Made by a program: the position numbers and the translations under genes. The notes below the pieces were generated by a model. The model searched no databases, was not told the origin of the DNA, and saw only the letters and a list, made by a program, of their open reading frames with translations. A stretch of 64,000 nt of DNA, from assembly GCA_029259155.1 (NCBI GenBank), contig JAPDJI010000025.1:5044-69043 (forward strand), written 5' to 3'. The stretch comes from Candidatus Methanomethylicia archaeon. GTDB taxonomy: Archaea > Thermoproteota > Methanomethylicia > Nezhaarchaeales > B40-G2. Shown in pieces: positions 16,604 through 25,913 of the stretch; the stretch's first letter is position 1, and each line of letters opens with the position of its first letter.

Positions 16604-17545
16604 ATGACTAATGTGGAAAGGAGGCTAACGAGAAGAGATTTCCTTAAAGTATTCGGTGGGGGTGTCGCGGCTTCATTCATGGGCCTTTCCTCTCCTCAAA
16701 TGTCTAGCTCAGGAACCTCTAGCGCCTCGGAGACGTATGCTATGCTATACGATAACACAAAGTGTATAGGGTGCAATGCCTGTGTAGTGGCATGCAGGTT
16801 ATGGAATGGAAGATTAGGTGGACGTTTTCCTTTCCTCTTGGAGGACAGGATTGGCCCTCAGGAACCTCCGGAGGAACCTAAGATCGATGAACATCACTTC
16901 CTAGTCATAGTTCCCCACCCTGAGCTTAGACACCAGGATGGTAGAGGAGTGTTTCAGCGAAGATCATGTATGCATTGTGTTGAGCCGCCGTGTCTATACG
17001 TCTGTCCTACAAATGCCATCTACCAATATAAGGGGATAAACCTAACTGACTATGACCGATGTTTCGGCTGCCAGTACTGCGTTATAGCTTGTCCTTATAA
17101 GGCCAGGGTGTTCTATGAAGGTGAAGGATGGGGTGTTCCAGTTAAGTGCTGGTTCTGCCTTGATAGGCTCGAACAGGGCCTATATCCTGCATGCGTAAGC
17201 GTATGTCCCGTGGGTGCGCTTGACTTTGGCACTCGCGATGAAATGGTTGCTAAGGCTTATGCAAGATGCGATGAGCTTAGAGCTGAAGGTAGGGAAGCTT
17301 ACATCTGGGGGGCCGGTGAGGAGCATGGTACCAACGTGATCTTTGTCTCAGATGTACCGTTCGAAGAGCTAGGCTTGCCTGAACCTGAGATGAGGGTACC
17401 TGCACCAGAGGCCTACCCGAAGCTATTCTTAGAACGTGGAGGCCTAGCCACCTTCGGAGGCGCAGCGCTTATATTCTTGAGCTTCGCACTGTGGCGCAGA
17501 TCTAGAATAATTAAAGCTAAGGTTAAGGAGATCCCGAGGGGTTGA
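16604..17545 (+). CDS. Tat-exported four-cluster FeS subunit (HybA/PsrB-like) with a C-terminal TM helix.
   Basis: A Tat signal is present (MTNVERRLTRRDFLKVFGGG). Four Cys groups are present (CIGCNACVVAC, CMHCVEPPCLYVCP, CFGCQYCVIACP, CWFC...CVSVCP), plus a C-terminal hydrophobic helix. Confidence 0.85.
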   Translation: MTNVERRLTRRDFLKVFGGGVAASFMGLSSPQMSSSGTSSASETYAMLYDNTKCIGCNACVVACRLWNGRLGGRFPFLLEDRIGPQEPPEEPKIDEHHFLVIVPHPELRHQDGRGVFQRRSCMHCVEPPCLYVCPTNAIYQYKGINLTDYDRCFGCQYCVIACPYKARVFYEGEGWGVPVKCWFCLDRLEQGLYPACVSVCPVGALDFGTRDEMVAKAYARCDELRAEGREAYIWGAGEEHGTNVIFVSDVPFEELGLPEPEMRVPAPEAYPKLFLERGGLATFGGAALIFLSFALWRRSRIIKAKVKEIPRG

Positions 17546-18504
17546 TCGAGATGATCGAGCTTTTATCGGAGGAACTACCTTGGGGCTTAACTATCGCTTT
17601 AGCTCTCTACTTTGGAGGACTGGGCGGAGGCTCCTTCATAGTAGCTGCAGTCACTAGCTTCATTTCAGGCGAGGAATTCAGGGATATTATGAAGTTCGGT
17701 GCCTATATAGGACTGATAGCAACAGCCTTATGCGGCACCTTCCTTGCTCTCCACGCTGGACATCCTGAACGACTGCTATACATGTATAGTAACCCCATAT
17801 CTATGATAACCTTCGGCACCTGCGTAATATCTTCGATACTACCGATAGGGCTAATTTATGCCACCTTCCTGCCGCCAGACTCTCTACCGTGGTTGAAGTC
17901 GTTCTTACCGTGGTCCGTGTACGTTAAGCCAAGGAAGTTCTTCGAGCTACTGCTATTCATACTTGGCTCAGGCCTAGCTGGCTACACAGGTTTCGTGTTA
18001 GGTATAGCATGGGCACAGCCTTTCTGGGAGACTCCGTTGATAACTGTGTTGTTCTATGTTTCCGGCGTGTCCACAGCTTTAATGGCCATAGGCCTATGCA
18101 TAGCTATTCTTCGTTTAGTGCAGGTTACCGAGGAATCCAAGAAGCTCTTCGTAGAAATGATGCATAGGCTCGACGTAGCCGACGGCTACATGTTACTCAT
18201 AGAGCTGGGCGCTGCTATGCTATACTTATACATCATGTTCAACAACCCATCAGAAATTGCACGCGAATCTGCAGCCATACTGGCCTTCGGGGAACTAGCT
18301 CCTCTATTCTGGGGAGGCTTCATATTCCTCGGCTTAATAATACCTATCATGCTAGTAGTGCTATTAGCGTGGAAAGGCAGGACGGCTGCCTTCATAAGGC
18401 TTTACGCTCCGTTGATGATAGTCGCTGCGCTATGCGTACTAATCGGAGGAGCCTTTATGAGATACTGCTTCCTAGTTGCTGGACAGCTACCAGTGGTAGG
18501 CTAA
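17542..18504 (+). CDS. NrfD/PsrC/HybB-family integral membrane quinone-interacting anchor.
   Basis: The protein is about 320 aa with roughly 8 TM helices. Its start overlaps the FeS subunit stop. Placement after a HybA-like gene matches the Hyb/Psr architecture. Confidence 0.75.
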   Translation: MIEMIELLSEELPWGLTIALALYFGGLGGGSFIVAAVTSFISGEEFRDIMKFGAYIGLIATALCGTFLALHAGHPERLLYMYSNPISMITFGTCVISSILPIGLIYATFLPPDSLPWLKSFLPWSVYVKPRKFFELLLFILGSGLAGYTGFVLGIAWAQPFWETPLITVLFYVSGVSTALMAIGLCIAILRLVQVTEESKKLFVEMMHRLDVADGYMLLIELGAAMLYLYIMFNNPSEIARESAAILAFGELAPLFWGGFIFLGLIIPIMLVVLLAWKGRTAAFIRLYAPLMIVAALCVLIGGAFMRYCFLVAGQLPVVG

Positions 18505-18518
18505 AAACAGGTAATGCA

Positions 18519-18531
18519 TTTTTTGTTGTTT
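18519..18531 (+). terminator. Oligo-T tract, a likely archaeal terminator for the hydrogenase operon.
   Basis: TTTTTTGTTGTTT begins 15 nt after the NrfD-like stop. Confidence 0.5.
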
Positions 18532-18556
18532 AGATATCCAGTTTCTTCGTTTCTCC

Positions 18557-18850
18557 TTAAGCCCTTGTAACTATGACCTTATCACCAACTCTAAAGTTAC
18601 CGTCTAGAAGCCTATCTTTAGCTAACCTTATGATTCCTTGTCCTTCATCCTCGGGAGGGAGTTCATCCACAGTGGCTATGGTGTAGGTTCCTCTAACGGA
18701 CCAAAAGCTGGCAGTTATCTCTATTTTATCACCTTTCTTTACCCCGAGGTAATCCATGGTCTTTTTATCTAGCCTTGCGATGCCTTGATCTCCTTCAAGC
18801 GGTGCCTTTATAACAAGTTTAGCCTTATACGGCATAGCCTCACCCAACAC
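18557..18850 (-). CDS. Stand-alone Cdc48/VAT N-terminal (Nn) double-psi beta-barrel protein.
   Basis: Two internal repeats are present: GDQGIARLDKKTMDYLGVKKGDKIEI and PPEDEGQGIIRLAKDRLLDGNFRVGDKVIVTRA. They mirror the GxGIxRxD...GDxV halves of the Cdc48/VAT N domain. No AAA domain follows. Confidence 0.6.
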   Translation of the reverse strand: MLGEAMPYKAKLVIKAPLEGDQGIARLDKKTMDYLGVKKGDKIEITASFWSVRGTYTIATVDELPPEDEGQGIIRLAKDRLLDGNFRVGDKVIVTRA

Positions 18851-18906
18851 ATTGGATTATTGAAAGGATTTATAAGCTTTAATAGTGTCTATGTAGGTTC
18901 ATAGCT

Positions 18907-19497
18907 TTAAGTGCTGTCTTCTTCTTTCTTTTCTTCAGCCATCCTAGGCAGCTTCTCATAGATCATGTCGTGTCTTATCTTCATCTCCTTCAAGAGCACT
19001 TGATAAATCTCTAGAAGTCTATCTATTTGGTCTATCCATCTTCTAAGCTTGTATCCACTTTCAGGACTTTCAGGGATACGTACCATGTAGTCTTCAGTTA
19101 TATATTTGAAGCCGAACCGTTCATAGAACTTCTCCAACTCCTTTTCATAACCTTCTTCAGGTGATGGCATGAGAGCTATAATGGTGTCTAGCTCACTTGT
19201 TATACTGCTTAGTAATGCGGATCCTACCCCTTTACCTCTATAAGGCCTAGCAACCTCGATAGCTTCTATTGCCTTAGCTCCCGGAAGAGCTGGCCAGTCT
19301 GATATTATAGCGAAGCCTACTACTTCGTCGTTCTCGACAGCCAACCACACGTCTAAACCTTCTCTAAGCCTATCTCTAAGCAGCTGTTTAAGCTCTGCCT
19401 TTCCCTTTTCATCGTGAGAGGAAATCCACCTAGTAAACCCTGACGATATCTTAAGCTTGTCTATATCCTCTAAGGTGGCTTTACGTACTGTGACCAT
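18907..19497 (-). CDS. GNAT-family N-acetyltransferase with a helical C-terminal extension of about 60 aa.
   Basis: The acetyl-CoA pyrophosphate-binding motif ARPYRGKGVGSALL is present, followed by ...FYERFGF. The tail RRWIDQIDRLLEIYQVLLKEMKIRHD ends in an acidic/lysine-rich terminus. Confidence 0.75.
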   Translation of the reverse strand: MVTVRKATLEDIDKLKISSGFTRWISSHDEKGKAELKQLLRDRLREGLDVWLAVENDEVVGFAIISDWPALPGAKAIEAIEVARPYRGKGVGSALLSSITSELDTIIALMPSPEEGYEKELEKFYERFGFKYITEDYMVRIPESPESGYKLRRWIDQIDRLLEIYQVLLKEMKIRHDMIYEKLPRMAEEKKEEDST

Positions 19498-19543
19498 GAG
19501 TATTCGAACCTTTCTTTCACCCTTCCTTGCTTAATGGCCACAC

Positions 19544-19879
19544 TTAAAGTTTAAAGGCTCTCCTCTGGTCAGCTCTCTTCTTCAACTCCCTGAGGGAGCC
19601 TTCGTAGTTCTCGAGTATGTGGTTTATCTGCTCAATCCAGGTTTTTGCCTTATCGCGTCCTCTAGGGGGTTTTGGGATGAGCCTGCTTGGCATGAACTCA
19701 AGGTCAAGCCTCTCGCTGAAGGCCTTCAACTCTCTTTCGTAACCTTCTCTTAACTTCTTTACATACACCTTGGCTAGCTGCGACCTTAACTTTTCGAAAT
19801 TCTTCCTAACCAAGTCTTTTAATCTTGGCTCTCTTAATTCAAGGATTATTTCATCCTCACACGTCAGGATAGATAGCAT
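19544..19879 (-). CDS. Hypothetical 111-aa protein homologous to the last GNAT strand plus the C-terminal extension of the neighbouring acetyltransferase.
   Basis: EGYERELKAFSERL...TWIEQINHILENYEGSLRELKKRAD aligns with EGYEKELEKFYERF...RWIDQIDRLLEIYQVLLKEMKIRHD. The helical part shows 12 identities in 24 positions. There is no acetyl-CoA motif. Confidence 0.45.
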   Translation of the reverse strand: MLSILTCEDEIILELREPRLKDLVRKNFEKLRSQLAKVYVKKLREGYERELKAFSERLDLEFMPSRLIPKPPRGRDKAKTWIEQINHILENYEGSLRELKKRADQRRAFKL

Positions 19880-19939
19880 AACTTCCCTGAAAATTTCCTT
19901 TAGAGCGTCTACCGTCTCCGACGTGAAGAGCTTCCTCCC

Positions 19940-20917
19940 TTAAGTTATGTACTCGAAGAAGTCAGTGTGTTTAAAAGTGACTAGAGGCCAACCATAAATT
20001 TCCTTAGCTATCAATATGACACCTTGTGGAGGAACAGCGCCCTTTTCGGTTATTATAAGGTCAATGTATTCAGGAGGAGTTACGTCGTATGTAGGGTTAG
20101 CTACGAAGATGCCAAGTCTCTGTATCTCTTCTTGAGGCAGTACCCATGAAGGGTCGCCTCTTTCATAGCTAGCTTCCTCGGCAAAGGCTACTTCAGCTGT
20201 GATCTTCTGGGTATTGGCAGCCACATAAACCTTAACTCTATGTTCCCTTGCTGCTAAGGCTACGGCTCCCGTACCCACCTTGCCTACTATGCAACCGTTA
20301 GGACAGATGGCAGTGGCTCCTAATACCACCTTATGTACTCTTCTGATGTAGTAATAGTGAGCAGAATCTATGATCAGGGTGGTGGGTAGGCCTAGATCAG
20401 CTAGGGCCATAGCTAAAATTCTTCCTTGGAAATCTGGCCTCGCTTCAGTAACCATCACTTGTATTTTCTTGCCTTCTTCCTTGGCTTTCGCGAGTATAGA
20501 TAATACTGTGGTACTCGCACCGTGGGTTAAGATGACGTCTCCGTCCTCAATATACCTGGCCCCTACCTCGCCTATCTTGTCTATGGCTGACCTCATGGAC
20601 TTGTTAAACTCCATAGCTTTCAAAGTTACCAGTTTCTTGAGCTCTGTAACGCTGAGGCCTTTGTCTATGCCCTGCCTAACCTCGTTAATCAGATAACGAG
20701 AAGCATTAGCTAACAATATTAACCTAGGTCTTTCCTTAAGGAAGAGGGCTAAGTACTCTGTTATTTCATGTTCAAAGTCTTCAGGGCGCTTAGCTTTCAT
20801 GTAGACAGTGGAGGAAGCTATGGCGTCGAGGCACTCCATGGTTATCTTGGTTTCGCCAATGATCTTGCCGCTTCTGAGTCCTTGGAGTACTTTTTCAATC
20901 GGTGGGTTATAAGTCAT
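19940..20917 (-). CDS. eIF-2B alpha/beta/delta-like family protein, most similar in layout to ribose-1,5-bisphosphate isomerase (e2b2).
   Basis: The family-typical blocks ...IEDGDVILTHG..., VTEARPDFQGR, VVLGATAI..NG.IVGKVGT, NPTYDVTPPEYIDLIITEKG are present in a 325-aa protein. Distinguishing it from MtnA needs an alignment. Confidence 0.65.
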   Translation of the reverse strand: MTYNPPIEKVLQGLRSGKIIGETKITMECLDAIASSTVYMKAKRPEDFEHEITEYLALFLKERPRLILLANASRYLINEVRQGIDKGLSVTELKKLVTLKAMEFNKSMRSAIDKIGEVGARYIEDGDVILTHGASTTVLSILAKAKEEGKKIQVMVTEARPDFQGRILAMALADLGLPTTLIIDSAHYYYIRRVHKVVLGATAICPNGCIVGKVGTGAVALAAREHRVKVYVAANTQKITAEVAFAEEASYERGDPSWVLPQEEIQRLGIFVANPTYDVTPPEYIDLIITEKGAVPPQGVILIAKEIYGWPLVTFKHTDFFEYIT

Positions 20918-21013
20918 AAGATCACCAAGGCCTATAAGCTAGCCTTGTTAACTAAGCCTCTACGACATACTTATACGTTATTCCTAAACATCTACCATAA
21001 ATATGATTTTTAA

Positions 21014-21952
21014 TTAGTTCAATAGAATTGTAATTAAGAAACCCAAGGCTAAAAGCGCCTTTACTCCAAACAAGTGTAGGAAGGAAGCCTTAATGCAAGG
21101 TACAAGCCTCCTCCCTTCCTCATACCTATATCTGGCTTCATAGACTTTCCACACAGCAATGGGAAAGAAGACCAGGCCTACAAGGCAGGTATACGGTAAA
21201 AGTCCTAGCCATACTTCAAGTACTAAGATAGTGGCGCTGACGATTACCGGATATAAAGCCACCCTAGCGGCTTTCTCCCTTCCAAGGTATCCTGCTAGGG
21301 TAAGCTTACCGGCCTGCTTATCGGCGTAGTAGTCGGGGATTTCGCCTAATAGCCTTGGAGCTAAGGGTGCTATAAGCGCTGGTATACAGGCTACGAGTGG
21401 CTCCATAGCAAAGCTGCCCAGCTGGATGTAGGAGGTGGCTAGCACTATAAGAAAGGTGAAGTTAAATGGCATTAAGAACTCTGGAACTCCGTAGACTCTA
21501 TATGAAAGCTTCAAGGGAGGGGCTACGTAGAAGGCTCCTGTAAAGGCAGCTATGAGTCCTATAGCTAAGAGCGGCCATAGACCTGTCAGGAAGACTAGGT
21601 ATAGGCCAAGTACTCCTGCGATGGTAAAGGAGACGATCGACATGACTAATAGCGTGGAAGGTGATATGAGCCCCATCACTGTTGGTTTTCCTCCTCCTGT
21701 CCACTTAGTTGCGTCTTCATGGCTAACTAGCGTGTCTACCCCACTCACATAGTCGGCATAATCGTTTATGAAGAAGGAGCCGAAGGAAATCAACATCACC
21801 ACAATTAACGTTAATGTCGCTAACACCCCGTCGAAGACCCCATAATAATAATAAGTGGAAGCTAGCCCCAGCGCGACTCCTGCTACTGGGCTCCAAGCAT
21901 GCCTTAAGTTGAGGATGTCTATCAACTTGATCAGAGGTTTAGGCTGTGCCAT
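21014..21952 (-). CDS. UbiA-superfamily aromatic prenyltransferase (MenA/MqnP-like).
   Basis: The Asp-rich FFINDYADYVSGVD motif is present, the protein has about 8-9 TM helices, and the gene overlaps the UbiD gene by 22 nt. Confidence 0.8.
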   Translation of the reverse strand: MAQPKPLIKLIDILNLRHAWSPVAGVALGLASTYYYYGVFDGVLATLTLIVVMLISFGSFFINDYADYVSGVDTLVSHEDATKWTGGGKPTVMGLISPSTLLVMSIVSFTIAGVLGLYLVFLTGLWPLLAIGLIAAFTGAFYVAPPLKLSYRVYGVPEFLMPFNFTFLIVLATSYIQLGSFAMEPLVACIPALIAPLAPRLLGEIPDYYADKQAGKLTLAGYLGREKAARVALYPVIVSATILVLEVWLGLLPYTCLVGLVFFPIAVWKVYEARYRYEEGRRLVPCIKASFLHLFGVKALLALGFLITILLN

Positions 21953-23364
21953 AATGTATCCACCTTTCTACTAATCTCCTCGTCCATCTTCAGTTCTTCT
22001 GGCAGCTCCCTTTCTACTTCTTCCTTCAACTTTTTGGTGGCATCTATGCCAACCTTAGATCCTAGCCCTATACGAGGGGCTGAGTGGTCTAATGCGTCAA
22101 GTGGTGTTTCTTTCAACACTAGCATGTCTCTTGCAGGGTCAACGCGCGTTGCTATGGCCCATAGCACCTCGCCTAAATCATGAACGTTTACGTCCTCGTC
22201 CACGACTACTAGGACCTTAACCAAGGAGAAGGACTCAAGGCCCCACAGACCCATCATGATTCTCTTTGCGTGGCCTGGGTACCTCTTTCTCATAGAGACT
22301 ATGCAGAGGCCATGGAAGCAGGCTTCAGGAGGAAAGTTGATGTCGACGACCTCGGGAAGTACAGTCCGTAATAGGGGGAGCGTTAAGCGTTGGAAAACCC
22401 TCTGGAGCACCGCTCCTTCATTCGGAGGTTTTCCTTCAACCCAAGCCGGATAAATGGGTTCTTCCCTCATGGTCATGCAGTTTACCCTAAACACATGGCA
22501 TGGCTGAGGAGGCGAATAGTACCCTGTATGATCACCGAAGGGTCCTTCAAGCCTTGTTTCAGTGGGATCGACGTAACCTTCCAAGACTATCTCAGCTCCT
22601 GCAGGAACCTCGAGGTCAACTGTTTCGCACTTAACAAGCTTGATGGGTGAGCCTTTTAGAAGCCCGGCCACCATCACTTCATTTATTCCTTGTGGTAAGG
22701 GCATTGAGGCTGCGAGGATCAACGCTGGGTCTCCTCCAAGAGCCACTGCCACCTCTAAGGGTTTCTTCTTCTTCCATAGATGGAGCGCTCCGTGTTTATG
22801 TATCTGCCAGTGCATGCCCGTAGTAGTGTCATCAAATATCTGCATCCTGTAGATACCTACGTTGCGGGTTCCTTCCTCAGGGTCTTTAGTGAATACGAGA
22901 GGTAGTGTTATGAAGCGTCCTGCCTCTTTAGGCCAGCATTTTAGAGCCGGTAGCTTACTTAACTTAACCTTCTCTCCTCTCAAGACCACTTCCTTACAAG
23001 GCGCGTTCCTAACCAACTTGGGCCTCGTTGCTTTAACGGCTCTCAAGGCTTGGAATATGGCTTTTAAGCTAGGCTTCCTTGCTACCTTGAGGAGGTCGCT
23101 CATCCTGCTCGTGACGTCCTCCACTTTCTCAGCTCTCAAGGCTAAAAGTACTCTTTCCTCTGTCCCGAAGAGGTTGGTTAAGACAGGGATATCAAACCCT
23201 TCAACCTGCTCGAAGAGAAGGGCTGGTCCTCCAGCTTTAAACACCCTCCTCACGATCTCAGCTATTTCAAGCTCCACCTTTACCTTAGCCTGAACCCTCC
23301 TCAACATTCCTCTTTCTTCGAGAACTCTTATGAACCCTCTCAGGTCATCAAACATAGTTCTCAC
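21931..23364 (-). CDS. UbiD-family (prFMN-dependent) decarboxylase.
   Basis: The 477-aa length fits, and UbiD blocks are present (GIYRMQIFD, HWQIHKHGA, EGPFGDHTGYY). Confidence 0.9.
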   Translation of the reverse strand: MRTMFDDLRGFIRVLEERGMLRRVQAKVKVELEIAEIVRRVFKAGGPALLFEQVEGFDIPVLTNLFGTEERVLLALRAEKVEDVTSRMSDLLKVARKPSLKAIFQALRAVKATRPKLVRNAPCKEVVLRGEKVKLSKLPALKCWPKEAGRFITLPLVFTKDPEEGTRNVGIYRMQIFDDTTTGMHWQIHKHGALHLWKKKKPLEVAVALGGDPALILAASMPLPQGINEVMVAGLLKGSPIKLVKCETVDLEVPAGAEIVLEGYVDPTETRLEGPFGDHTGYYSPPQPCHVFRVNCMTMREEPIYPAWVEGKPPNEGAVLQRVFQRLTLPLLRTVLPEVVDINFPPEACFHGLCIVSMRKRYPGHAKRIMMGLWGLESFSLVKVLVVVDEDVNVHDLGEVLWAIATRVDPARDMLVLKETPLDALDHSAPRIGLGSKVGIDATKKLKEEVERELPEELKMDEEISRKVDTLWHSLNL

Positions 23365-23420
23365 GCGCTAAAATACCCTTAAAAACTGGGCTAAAAAGGG
23401 CTTTAAGGGGTTGGTGGAGG

Positions 23421-24410
23421 GTGAGGGCTTACCTGGCAGTATTAATGGTTGTTGCAGTGCTCATGGCTGCAACAGCTTACTACCTGTTATCATCCTCTCC
23501 TCCACGCACTAACTTAACTTTGGTGATCCCTCCTTTCACTGCTGAGTATATGGCAACCTACGCTTTGGAGACAGGTATCGTCAGTTCAAGCAATCTTACC
23601 ATAACAGTCCAGCACACCTTACAGTTCAATGAGATCTTAATGGACCTTCAGGCCGACATAGGCTTCATGTCTACCGAAGCGTTTGCTAAGGCTTATGAGA
23701 TGGAGAGGCCCTTGAAGATATTAGGTACAGCTGTAATTCAAGGCAATGAGGAGGGTAATGCTCTTCTCTTCGTAAGGTTAGATTCGGAGATTACCGATCC
23801 ATCTGAGCTTAAAGGTCGGAGGATAGGGGTGCCTACGCCTAGAGGATTAAAGAGCAGCAATCTTATACTCTTGGACGTATTAGAGCGACGTTTTAACCTT
23901 TCATTATCGCTAGAGAGCGATCTCATCATCGATAAACCGTTGCCTCAGCTTCCAGCTTTACTTGATGCTGGGGAAGTGGACGCCGTGCTTGTTATAGGTG
24001 ACGTGGCGGCTCAGATGAGCCTAAGCCCCGATAAATACCGGTTAATATGCGACGTATCGGAGGAGTTTAGGCGGCTCTATGGTGAGTACCCTGTAGTGGC
24101 TGTATTGGTTGTTAAAGCTGATCTACTCGAGGAGAATCCAGACTTGGTAAGGGAGGCTTTAAGGTTGCTTAACGAATCGTTGAGCTATAGCTTAATCCAT
24201 CGTGATGAAGCGTTAGAGTGGGCTTTAACTCAACGAGAAGGTGTGGAGCTTGAGGCTGCGCAAAAATCCCTTGAGCAATATTGCATAAGGTATGGTCTAA
24301 CAGAGGACGACAAGATGGTCATAGGGAAGCTCTTTGAACTAGCCTATTCGAGAGGTTTAATAAGCGTCCTCCCCGACCCCCTAGAGGTTTTCGTGAGTTT
24401 AGAGCCATGA
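23421..24410 (+). CDS. Substrate-binding protein of a NitT/TauT-type ABC importer (SsuA/NMT1-like), membrane-anchored.
   Basis: An N-terminal signal-anchor helix is present, the protein is about 330 aa, an RRIGVPTPRG-type block is present, and the gene is followed by a cognate permease and ATPase with overlapping starts. Confidence 0.55.
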   Translation: MRAYLAVLMVVAVLMAATAYYLLSSSPPRTNLTLVIPPFTAEYMATYALETGIVSSSNLTITVQHTLQFNEILMDLQADIGFMSTEAFAKAYEMERPLKILGTAVIQGNEEGNALLFVRLDSEITDPSELKGRRIGVPTPRGLKSSNLILLDVLERRFNLSLSLESDLIIDKPLPQLPALLDAGEVDAVLVIGDVAAQMSLSPDKYRLICDVSEEFRRLYGEYPVVAVLVVKADLLEENPDLVREALRLLNESLSYSLIHRDEALEWALTQREGVELEAAQKSLEQYCIRYGLTEDDKMVIGKLFELAYSRGLISVLPDPLEVFVSLEP

Positions 24411-25159
24411 ACCTTAAGGAGATAGCTAGGCTCCTGGCCGCTTTCCTTACAGTCTTAGCTGTTTGGCTCTTAGCTGCTAGCCTCGTGAATAGCTATCTCT
24501 TTCCTAGCCCTCTCCAGGTTGCTGACCCTTTCCTCGAGATGATTATGAAGCCTAGTACTTGGTTTCATGTAGCAGCTACCTTCAACAGGGTATTGCTTGG
24601 AGTTGCCTTAGGCTCTCTTCTTGGCTTGGTTTTAGGCATAGCTCCTCGCTATAGCTCCACGGCTTCTTTCGTGGTGGAATCGGTCATCCAACCAGTCTTG
24701 GAGTCTGTACCAGCATTATGTTGGGCACTGATCTTTGCAGCTCTCTTTGGCCTTTCCGGTACAGCTCCCGTCTTTGTCGTGGCAGCTGCTATAATCCCCT
24801 TCTTCACCATAAACCTATGGGAAGGTGTCAAGGAACTTGACGAAAGCCTCGTAGAGATGGCCTACGCCTACACTAGGAATAAGTTGAGGGTGTTTAAGGC
24901 CGTGATATTGCCAATGTTATATCCCTATCTTTTCGCTGCTCTACGAACTTCCTTCGAGGTGGCTTGGAAGGTGGTAGTGTTAGGCGAGGTCTTCGGTGCT
25001 GTGAACGGTATAGGATACATGCTCTGGCTGTCTTTCAGTAGCTACTCTATAGATCGCATGTTTGCGTGGGTTCTATTCTGTGCAGCCATAATAGCTTTCT
25101 TTGAATACGTGGTCTTTAACCTCATTGATAAGAGGCTCATAAGGAGGTGGCGTAGGTGA
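24407..25159 (+). CDS. ABC transporter permease (NitT/TauT family).
   Basis: The protein has about 6 TM helices and an EAA-type loop ([26 protein letters not shown]). Confidence 0.8.
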   Translation: MNLKEIARLLAAFLTVLAVWLLAASLVNSYLFPSPLQVADPFLEMIMKPSTWFHVAATFNRVLLGVALGSLLGLVLGIAPRYSSTASFVVESVIQPVLESVPALCWALIFAALFGLSGTAPVFVVAAAIIPFFTINLWEGVKELDESLVEMAYAYTRNKLRVFKAVILPMLYPYLFAALRTSFEVAWKVVVLGEVFGAVNGIGYMLWLSFSSYSIDRMFAWVLFCAAIIAFFEYVVFNLIDKRLIRRWRR

Positions 25160-25902
25160 AATACGCCATAACCATAAGCGACTTGAAAAAAAGCTACGGT
25201 AACCTCCTAGTCTTAGATGGGATTTCCTTTAACGTAAAGAATAGTGAATTTTGTTGCGTGCTTGGTCCCTCAGGTTGCGGCAAGACGACCTTGCTAAAGA
25301 TACTTGCCAAGCTCACTTCCTTCGACGGAGGCTCGGTTGACGTGCAAGGCTCTAACGTGAAGGAAGATGATGGTTTTCTCTCATCCATAAGCGTGGTCTT
25401 CCAAGAACCTAGGCTCTTACGTTGGAGGACCGTTAGGGAGAATGTTAGGCTGTCAGTGGAGCTCAGGAAAGGTAAGGTAGAGGCCGAGGACGAAGAGCTT
25501 GTGGATAGCTGCTTAAGGATGGTGGGTCTTCAAGCATACTCTAACGCTTATCCACATGAACTTAGTGGGGGTATGAAGCAAAGGGTAGCTTTAGCTAGGG
25601 CCTTAGCGGTTAAGCCTAAGATACTGCTCATGGATGAACCTTTAACAGGCTTAGATGTACGAACACGTAAGGAGCTTCAAGAGGAGATTCTCAAGGTGTG
25701 GAGTGAAGAAAACCTAACAATACTTTTCGTCACCCACGATCCTAAAGAAGCCATATATTTAGCTGAAAGGATCGTCGTGTTTTCCGATAAGCCGACTAGG
25801 GTGAAGGATATAATAGATGTGGACATACCTAGGCCTAGAGATCTAAGCAGCTCAGAGGCTTTGGCCTTGGAGAGATATATCTATAACTGCTTCTACGCAT
25901 AG
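25156..25902 (+). CDS. ABC transporter ATP-binding protein.
   Basis: Walker A (GPSGCGKTT), the signature motif (LSGGMKQRV) and Walker B (LLMDEP) are all present. Confidence 0.9.
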   Translation: MKYAITISDLKKSYGNLLVLDGISFNVKNSEFCCVLGPSGCGKTTLLKILAKLTSFDGGSVDVQGSNVKEDDGFLSSISVVFQEPRLLRWRTVRENVRLSVELRKGKVEAEDEELVDSCLRMVGLQAYSNAYPHELSGGMKQRVALARALAVKPKILLMDEPLTGLDVRTRKELQEEILKVWSEENLTILFVTHDPKEAIYLAERIVVFSDKPTRVKDIIDVDIPRPRDLSSSEALALERYIYNCFYA

Positions 25903-25913
25903 CGCTTAGACGT

